Positions 57,401 through 64,000 of a DNA stretch of 64,000 nucleotides are shown one piece after another. Location: positions 271-64,270 of the forward strand of contig JAQCGO010000008.1 of NCBI GenBank assembly GCA_027618995.1, written 5' to 3'. Numbering within the stretch: position 1 is the first letter of the stretch; the number at the start of each line of letters is the position of its first letter. The position numbers and the translations under genes were made by a program. This DNA comes from Pseudomonadota bacterium (lineage in GTDB: Bacteria > Pseudomonadota > Gammaproteobacteria > Steroidobacterales > Woeseiaceae). The notes beneath the pieces are model-generated. The model did no database searches. It was given only the letters and a program-made list of their open reading frames with translations, and was not told the DNA's origin.

Positions 57401-59801
57401 TCTGCCTACGCTGAAAGGTAGCGCGCGCATGGCCGGCATTTCGGCCATGGGAAATCTGAGCCATGAGATCGAGACTTTGTTGCTTGGCCTGGACGAGGGC
57501 CGGGTACGATCATCGCCCGCAATCGACGAACTGCTGCAACAAAGCATCGACGAGTTGCATCGCATGCGTGACGCTGTCATGGCGGGCAAAATGGTGCCGG
57601 CTGCGAAAGAATTCGAGCGGCGTATACAACAGGCGAATGCCGGATTCGAAGTCGCCGACGAGTCTCAGGTTGAGACCGCGCCCGCAGAGCGGGATATCGA
57701 AGCAACCGAGCCGCACGCCTTCACCATTGAGCCCGACGATACTGTCAGCATGGTGATTGTGAATTCGGCATTGGCGGACGAACTCGCCGAAATGAACCGC
57801 AGCGCCGCACCCGCACCCGAGCTTGAACTGGTACTCGAGTTAGAGCCCGAGCCAGAACCGGAGCCCGAACCCGTTGCGCAATCCGCTCGTGTCATTGCGC
57901 GCGCTGCGCCGGCGGCAGAGCCGGCCGCCCCGACACCGATCGCGGCTGCAGCGACCAGCCGCAGCGAGCAGCGCCAGGAATTCGCGCGCATCGATACCGA
58001 TCTTCTCGAGGACCTTCTGAATGCGGCCGGCGAAATCAGTATTTATCATTCGCGCCTGAGCCAGCAGATCAACCTGATCGAATTTCATATTGAAGAGCTT
58101 GAGCAGACGGTTGCACGTCTGCGTGAACAGTTGCGCAAACTCGATATCGATATCGATATCGAGACCGAGGCGCAGATCCTGCACAGTCACCAGGACACGA
58201 TGGTGGCCAAGGATTTCGATCCGCTGGAGCTTGATCGCTATTCCAATCTGCAGCAGCTGTCGCGCGCACTGGCGGAAACGTCGAACGACCTCTCCAGCCT
58301 CAAAGATCTGCTGCAGAACCTGACCACGGAGGCCGAGGGATTGCTCCTGCAGCAGTCACGAGTTACGGCCGAATTGCAGGATGGACTGATGCGGACGCGC
58401 ATGGTGCCTTTCGAGCGTTACGTGCCGCGCTTTACGCGACTGGTTCGACAAGTCGCGAGTGAGGTCGGCAAGCAGGCCGAGCTGGCCGTTGAGGGTGCGT
58501 CGGGCGAACTCGATCGGCAGGTGCTCGAGAAGATGCTGCCGCCGTTCGAACACATGTTGCGCAACGCAGTCATGCATGGCATCGAGTCCCCCAATGCGCG
58601 GCAGAAGGCGAACAAGCCGGCGACCGGGCGCATTACGATTCGGCTGCATCGCGAAGGTTCCGAAATGATCATCGATGTGGCTGACGACGGTCGCGGACTC
58701 GATGTCGCGGCGATTCGCCGCAAAGCCTACGAACTCGACATGCTGCGACCGGACAGCAAAGTCACCGATGAGGAAATCATGGCGCTGATCCTGACGCCCG
58801 GGTTTTCGACGGCCGTTCAGGTAACGCAGTCGGCCGGACGCGGTGTCGGTATGGACGTCGTGGCCAACGAGGTGAAGAAACTTGGCGGTTCGCTGCGTAT
58901 TTCCTCGGTGATCGGGCAGGGCACCAATTTCACGGTACGCCTGCCGTTTACACTCGCGATCACGCAGGCACTAATTGTGCGCACTGGCGAGGAAGTCTAT
59001 GCGTTACCCTTGCCGTCGGTCGAAGGTGTTGCGCGCATACCGCGCAAGGAACTCGAAAACCTGTTGAGCCACACCGAGCCGAGCTACGAGTATGGCGAGC
59101 AAAGTTACAAGTTTCGTCACCTCGGCATGTACCTCGGCGGGCAGGCGGCGTCCCTGCCCGAAGACGAGGCGTTCATTTCCGTCATCCTGGTGCGGGCTGG
59201 CGAGTTTTCCGCCGCCTTGCTCGTGGACGAGATGCTGGCCAGTCGTGAAATTGTTGTGAAATCGGTAGGCCCGCAACTGGCCGGCATCCGCGGTATTTCC
59301 GGCGCCACTATTCTCGGCGACGGCAGCATCGTGCTGATTCTCGATATCAATGCGCTCGTGCGCACCGGCGCGCCAGTGGTTGAGTTGAAAAAAGCGGCGC
59401 CGACGCCGGCCGACGATCGACCGCTCGCACTCGTGGTCGATGATTCAATTACGGTCAGGCGCGTCACCGAACGTTTCCTGCAGCGCAACGGCGTGCGCGT
59501 AGTGACCGCCAAGGACGGGCTCGACGCGATCAGTGTACTTTCCGACCACAAGCCGGACGTCATTCTGCTCGATATTGAAATGCCGCGTATGGATGGCTAC
59601 GAATTTGCATTGCATGTCAGAAATGACCCGCGCGTGTCCGATGTGCCGATCATCATGATTACGTCTCGCGTGGGCGACAAACACCGCGCGCGTGCGATTG
59701 AGCTGGGCGTGAATGACTATCTTGGCAAGCCGTTCCAGGATTCCGCATTGCTTGAGGCCATCGCGCGGCAACTTGAAGATAGAGGGAAATCACTGTCGTG
59801 A
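54444..59801 (+). pseudogene. chpA: ChpA-type multi-Hpt CheA-like histidine kinase with C-terminal receiver, interrupted by an in-frame TAG
   Basis: ORFs 54444..57275 and 57348..59801 share one frame, and the 72 nt between them are open. Hpt motifs FHTLKGSGRMVG and CHTLHGSANMA; HATPase (GRGLD...GRGVGMDVV); CheW domain; REC (LVVDDS...LLDIEMPRMDG...KPF). TAG at 57273-57275. Confidence 0.85.
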
Positions 59802-60268
59802 GCGACCAGACGCCGGAACTATATAGCCTGTTAGTACCTCTGTCCGAGGATCGGCTGATCGTGCCGCGCGCCTGCGTCGTCGAGGTTGTACGCTTCAGCA
59901 AGCCTGTGAACGAGCCCGGCTCGCACAGCTGGATGCTCGGTACCGTTAGCTGGAATGGCCGCGAATTGCCGATTGCCTCCTTCGAAGGCGCGCTCGGAAA
60001 AGCGGTGCCGGCGGCCACCGGCCGCACCCAGATCGTGGTGTTTTATGCGCTCACGGGTCGACTCAAGAGCGGTTACTTCGGCATTCTGACGCAGGGATTT
60101 CCACAACTGGTGCGGGTCAACAAGGATGTCCTGCAACTGAATGCGAGCAGCGGCTGGCCCGAGTCGGCCCCCGTGCTCTGCCGCGTGAAAATGATCAATG
60201 AGTTTCCGCTGATTCCCGATCTCGAACGACTCGAGCATATGCTGGCCGAGGAGCTAGTTCGGGCCTAG
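59798..60268 (+). CDS. chpC: CheW-like coupling protein (ChpC-like)
   Basis: 156 aa. GTGA overlap with the chpA stop. CheW-like LLVPLSEDRLIVPRACVVEVV...WMLGTVSWNGRELPI. Confidence 0.75.
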   Translation: MSDQTPELYSLLVPLSEDRLIVPRACVVEVVRFSKPVNEPGSHSWMLGTVSWNGRELPIASFEGALGKAVPAATGRTQIVVFYALTGRLKSGYFGILTQGFPQLVRVNKDVLQLNASSGWPESAPVLCRVKMINEFPLIPDLERLEHMLAEELVRA

Positions 60269-60997
60269 ATCGCCCCACAAGGCTTCGGCGATGGCAATGG
60301 CAGTCAGCGCCGCCGTTTCGGTGCGCAACACGCGCGGACCCAGCGATACGGCCGTAAAACCCGACAGCGCTGCGTCGTCGTACTCGACCGCGCTGAAACC
60401 ACCTTCCGGCCCAATCAACAAGCAGACCTTGGTACGTGGTGCGGCCAGCGCCGTCATTGCTGTCGGCGCGCCGGGTTGCAGGATCAGATCGACGTCGGCG
60501 TCCTTCGTCTTGTTGCCAAACCAGGACTTCAGCGGTACGGCGACATCGATCAGTGGCGGCCGAATGCGGCCGCACTGTTCGGCCGCACTGTTCGCGATTT
60601 TCTGCCAGTGATCGCGGCGCTGGTCCGCACGCTCGCCAGCCAGCTTGACGACGCCAAACTCCGTCAGCACCGGTGTAATGCGTTTCACGCCGAGCTCGGT
60701 TGCCTTTTGCACGACAATGTCCATGCGTTCGCCGCGCGAAACACCCTGAACCAGGTGCACGCGCAGTGGTGACTCCGTGCGGCTTCCCTGCGCGGCGCCA
60801 ATGGTCACGGTTGCGGTGCTTTTGCCGAGGCTGTCAATGACTGCCGCAAATTCGCCGCACTCGCCATTGAATACGAGCAGCGATTCGCCGGGCCGCAGAC
60901 GCAGAACGCGCCCTAAATAGCGCGCCTGCTCCGGGTCGAGCTGCAGGCTCAAGCCCGGTCGTAGCTCGCCGTGCACAAAAAGTCTGGTTAATGCCAT
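60254..60997 (-). CDS. rsmE: 16S rRNA (uracil1498-N3)-methyltransferase
   Basis: 247 aa. RLFVHGEL...RVLRLRPGE N-terminal PUA-like region and C-terminal LIGPEGGFS...LGPRVLRTETAA. Confidence 0.9.
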   Translation of the reverse strand: MALTRLFVHGELRPGLSLQLDPEQARYLGRVLRLRPGESLLVFNGECGEFAAVIDSLGKSTATVTIGAAQGSRTESPLRVHLVQGVSRGERMDIVVQKATELGVKRITPVLTEFGVVKLAGERADQRRDHWQKIANSAAEQCGRIRPPLIDVAVPLKSWFGNKTKDADVDLILQPGAPTAMTALAAPRTKVCLLIGPEGGFSAVEYDDAALSGFTAVSLGPRVLRTETAALTAIAIAEALWGDLGPN

Positions 60998-61034
60998 TAA
61001 ACGTGACTATGGTTGTTCTATTCAGGCAGAGCAA

Positions 61035-61634
61035 GTGGCGAGAGACATGCTACCCAGTATTGACGCAGCAGCCGGTACGCTGCTGTCCGCGAGACAATGT
61101 CACAGCCCTAATCAGGATGCGCGACCTGCCGGTACAGAAGTCGATCTGATTGTTTTGCACGGTATCAGCCTGCCGCCCGGGGAGTTTGGCGGCAACGCGA
61201 TCGAACAGTTGTTTTGCGGCCGGCTGGACTGGGACAGCCATCCTTATTTTCAGGAGATTCGTGGCCTCGAGGTTTCGTCCCATATCCTGATTCGTCGCGA
61301 CGGCGAGGTGCTGCAATTCGTACCTTTCGTCGAACGCGCCTGGCATGCGGGAGCTTCGCGTTTTCGCGGCCACTCGAGGTGCAATGACCACTCGATTGGC
61401 ATCGAACTCGAAGGGACCGACGACGTTAACTATGACGATCGCCAGTATGTGGCGCTGATAGCGTTGCTGGCCGCGCTGCTCAACACCTACCCCGCGCTTT
61501 CAACCCGTCGCATTGCCGCACATTCGGACGTTGCACCGGGGCGAAAGACGGATCCGGGCCCTGCATTCGACTGGCTACGATTGTATGATGGACTCACTCG
61601 CGACCTTGTTATGGAAGTATCCGACACACAATGA
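61035..61634 (+). CDS. ampD: 1,6-anhydro-N-acetylmuramyl-L-alanine amidase
   Basis: 199 aa. LIVLHGISLPPGEFGG, SSHILIRRDGEVLQFVPF, AWHAGAS, NDHSIGIELEG, HSDVAPGRKTDPGP. Confidence 0.9.
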   Translation: MARDMLPSIDAAAGTLLSARQCHSPNQDARPAGTEVDLIVLHGISLPPGEFGGNAIEQLFCGRLDWDSHPYFQEIRGLEVSSHILIRRDGEVLQFVPFVERAWHAGASRFRGHSRCNDHSIGIELEGTDDVNYDDRQYVALIALLAALLNTYPALSTRRIAAHSDVAPGRKTDPGPAFDWLRLYDGLTRDLVMEVSDTQ

Positions 61635-62557
61635 ATCTGATCGCTTTGTTGCTGGGCCTGGTCGTCGAGCGTATGGCGACCAAATTTTTTCACCTGCGCC
61701 GCCTGCGCTGGCTTGACCGGCTGATCGACGCCGGGGTTGGTTGTGCGGAACAACTCTCCGCCTGGCCGCCATTGCTGCCGATTGTTTTACTGACCCTGCT
61801 GTTGATTTTCCCGGTTGCGGCCATAGCGCTGTTGCTGGGCGACACGCTGTCGGGTTTCCCGTACATGGCATTCGCCATCGTCGTGCTGTTCTTCTCGTTC
61901 GGGCCCAAAGATATCGGTGAAGATGTCGACGAATATTGTCAGGCGTTGGAAAGTGGTGATCCGGAGCGCATCGAACAGACGGCTAAAGCCATCGTTGAAG
62001 GTGAGGTGCCGGCCGATGCTCTGCAGCGTATTCGCACGGTGAAGGAAGCGGTCTGCGTACAGGCGAACAATAGGCTGTTCGCGGTCATTTTCTGGTTCGT
62101 CGTCATGGGTCCTGTCGGACCGTTGGGAGCGTGGTCCTACCGCGTGACCGACCTGGTCCGGCGTCGCGCGGTGTACAGCGCAATGCGCGAACAGCCGCTT
62201 GATGGCGATAGCACTGTGGCCATGATTCGTGATGCCGCAATCCTCCTGCATGGCTGGCTGGCCTGGGTGCCGGCGCGGCTCACCGCGATTGGTTACGCCG
62301 CGGCAGGCCATTTCGAAGCGGCTATTGGTGCCTGGCGTGCTCTGGATGAGCAAACGGATGTAAGCCTGCCGGAACACAACGAGCATTTGCTGGCCCGGGT
62401 CGGCGTTGCTGCCATGGCGCTGGCCGATGACGACGACGAGACACTCGAACAACGTGGCGTGCGCGGTGCTACTGCTGCCAGTCGGCTCGTTTTTCGCCTG
62501 TTGCTGATGTGGGCCGTGGTCATTGGCACGATGACCCTGTACGGCTGGACGCAGTGA
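61631..62557 (+). CDS. ampE: AmpE-type membrane regulatory protein
   Basis: 308 aa. ATGA overlap with ampD. Multi-TM, MNLIALLLGLVVERMATKFFHLR N-terminus typical of AmpE. Confidence 0.8.
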   Translation: MNLIALLLGLVVERMATKFFHLRRLRWLDRLIDAGVGCAEQLSAWPPLLPIVLLTLLLIFPVAAIALLLGDTLSGFPYMAFAIVVLFFSFGPKDIGEDVDEYCQALESGDPERIEQTAKAIVEGEVPADALQRIRTVKEAVCVQANNRLFAVIFWFVVMGPVGPLGAWSYRVTDLVRRRAVYSAMREQPLDGDSTVAMIRDAAILLHGWLAWVPARLTAIGYAAAGHFEAAIGAWRALDEQTDVSLPEHNEHLLARVGVAAMALADDDDETLEQRGVRGATAASRLVFRLLLMWAVVIGTMTLYGWTQ

Positions 62558-63420
62558 CCCCGGGGGTCGGGCACCTGTTGCCCGTATTACTCCTGCTCGG
62601 CCTCGGTGGCTGCACTGAGAAAGCAGAACCCGAGGCACCGCGGGCCGTCTATTCGCGACTGGTATCCCTGGCACCCAATCTGACCGAGCTCGTCTTCGCC
62701 GCCGGTGCGGGCGACGCGCTGGTCGGTGTCAGTGCATATTCCGACTACCCGCCCGCCGCGCGTGACCTGCCCGTTGTCGGCGATGCTTTCAGCGTTGACC
62801 AGGAACAACTCGCATTGCTGCGGCCGGACGCCTTGCTGGTCTGGGAAAGCGGCATTCCGGAGCACGTCATCGATGAGTTGCGTCAGGCGGGTTACCAGGT
62901 CGAGCTGATTCGTACACGCAGCCTGCAGGACGTGGCGATCGCGTTGCGCCGTATCGGCGAGTTGACCGGGCATGCTCGTGATGCCGACGCTGCCGCTGAC
63001 GATTTTCTCGACGGCCTGCTTGCCCTCAAACAGAAGTATGCGAGTGCGGCCGCGATCAGTGTTTTCTACCAGGTCTATCAACGACCGTTGTACACCATCA
63101 ATGGCGAGCACTACGTGAGTGAGCTGATTCAACTTTGCGGCGGACAAAATATATTTGCGGATCTGAACGCACTCGCGCCCGCGATTTCGGTGGAAGCCGT
63201 TATCGAGCGTGATCCCGAAGTCATGCTCGCCAGTACTGATGCCGGCGACGATGCCTTCGCCGATTGGCGCCGCTGGCCGAGTTTGTCAGCGGTGCGGACC
63301 GGCAATCAATTCATGATGCCTGCCGACAGCATTGGCCGGGGGACCCCGCGGCTGCTTGCTGCCGGCCAGACCGTCTGCGATGCACTACAGACCGCACGAG
63401 AAAAGCGAACTACGGGCTGA
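62554..63420 (+). CDS. Periplasmic cobalamin-binding protein (BtuF-like) lipoprotein
   Basis: ORF 62509..63420. GTG at 62554 overlaps the ampE stop (GTGA). Lipobox LGLGGC. SLAPNLTELVFAAGAGDALVGVSAYSDYP. Confidence 0.75.
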   Translation: MTPGVGHLLPVLLLLGLGGCTEKAEPEAPRAVYSRLVSLAPNLTELVFAAGAGDALVGVSAYSDYPPAARDLPVVGDAFSVDQEQLALLRPDALLVWESGIPEHVIDELRQAGYQVELIRTRSLQDVAIALRRIGELTGHARDADAAADDFLDGLLALKQKYASAAAISVFYQVYQRPLYTINGEHYVSELIQLCGGQNIFADLNALAPAISVEAVIERDPEVMLASTDAGDDAFADWRRWPSLSAVRTGNQFMMPADSIGRGTPRLLAAGQTVCDALQTAREKRTTG

Positions 63421-63450
63421 GCCGGAATTCCGCTGAAGCGCTGCTCCAGG

Positions 63451-63999
63451 CTAGCGCACGCGATTCCACAGTACTTCGCGGCCATTCTCGGCCCGGGCGA
63501 GCACCCGGGCGATGACAAACAGCAGATCCGACAGTCGATTCAGGTAGCGAATGACTTCGCCGCGTACGACTTCGGTCGCCGCGAGGGAAATGCTGCAACG
63601 TTCGGCGCGCCGGACCACGGTGCGCGCCAGATGACACGCTGCGGCAGCTTCCCCGCCGCCCGGCAAAATGAATTCCTGCAGGGCGGGCAGGTCCTGATTC
63701 AGGCGATCCAGCTCGGTTTCAAGCCGGTCGATGAACGCATCCGTTATCGCGCTGTAACCCGGGATGCAGAGTTCGCCGCCGAGCTCGAACAAGTCGTGCT
63801 GTACGTCGGTCAAAACCGCCGCAACATCGTCCGGCACCGACTTGCAGGCCAGTACCACGCCGATGACACTATTCGCCTCGTCCACCGTGCCGTACGCCTC
63901 GACACGCAGGCTGTCCTTGGCCACGCGCGTACCGTCGCCGAGGCCGGTCGTGCCATCGTCACCGGTTCGCGTGTAGATCTTGCTGAGTCGCTTGCCCAT
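63451..63999 (-). CDS. PduO-type ATP:cob(I)alamin adenosyltransferase
   Basis: 182 aa. IYTRTGDDGTTGL N-terminal signature, FILPGG, and ARTVVRRAER. Confidence 0.9.
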   Translation of the reverse strand: MGKRLSKIYTRTGDDGTTGLGDGTRVAKDSLRVEAYGTVDEANSVIGVVLACKSVPDDVAAVLTDVQHDLFELGGELCIPGYSAITDAFIDRLETELDRLNQDLPALQEFILPGGGEAAAACHLARTVVRRAERCSISLAATEVVRGEVIRYLNRLSDLLFVIARVLARAENGREVLWNRVR

Positions 64000-64000
64000 A

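Noticed and set aside
1-64000. Search for mobile elements, integrases, phage genes, CRISPR-cas, and known toxin-antitoxin or defence systems.
   Set aside because: I recognised no transposase, integrase, recombinase, Cas or reverse-transcriptase signatures in any frame. Apart from the weak candidates listed in the findings, the window looks like core chromosome.

Overview
GC-rich chromosomal window of gammaproteobacterial type, densely packed with about 70 mostly housekeeping genes. I saw no rRNA, tRNA, CRISPR array, transposase or integrase. Gene order from about 41 kb to 60 kb resembles, from memory, the Pseudomonas aeruginosa PA0393-PA0415 neighbourhood: DUF4426-yggT-proC-yggS / pilT-pilU ... 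pyrB-ruvX-algH-tonB-like-(apbE)-gshB / pilG...chpA-chpC. Elsewhere are folD, cysB/cysK, glnE, kdkA/lpxL, mltD, ppnN, htpG, msrB, rocD, rsmE, ampD/ampE, a PAS-sigma54 activator with dacB, and a GGDEF-EAL protein. Many adjacent genes have ATGA/GTGA-type overlaps, suggesting translational coupling. The main result of the hunt is damage rather than a new gene cluster. The type IV pilus retraction/Chp chemosensory module carries three independent lesions: a 1-nt frameshift in pilT, an out-of-frame pilG'-'pilJ deletion junction that removes pilH and pilI, and an in-frame TAG in chpA. Two unrelated genes are also disrupted: a DUF6265 gene with an apparent TGG->TAG change, and a dienelactone hydrolase with an internal out-of-frame deletion. 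ppnN has conserved N-terminal coding sequence but no canonical start codon. Second-tier candidates:
- a good sigma54 -24/-12 promoter with paired upstream dyads, driving a 51-aa membrane peptide and a long structured 3' region, divergent from the PAS-sigma54 activator;
- an Imm10-like gene overlapping a standalone GIY-YIG nuclease gene by 8 nt;
- a pyrK-like gene where pyrC' would be expected next to pyrB;
- tandem PilU paralogues.
All family assignments come from motif and sequence recognition by eye. No database search was run.
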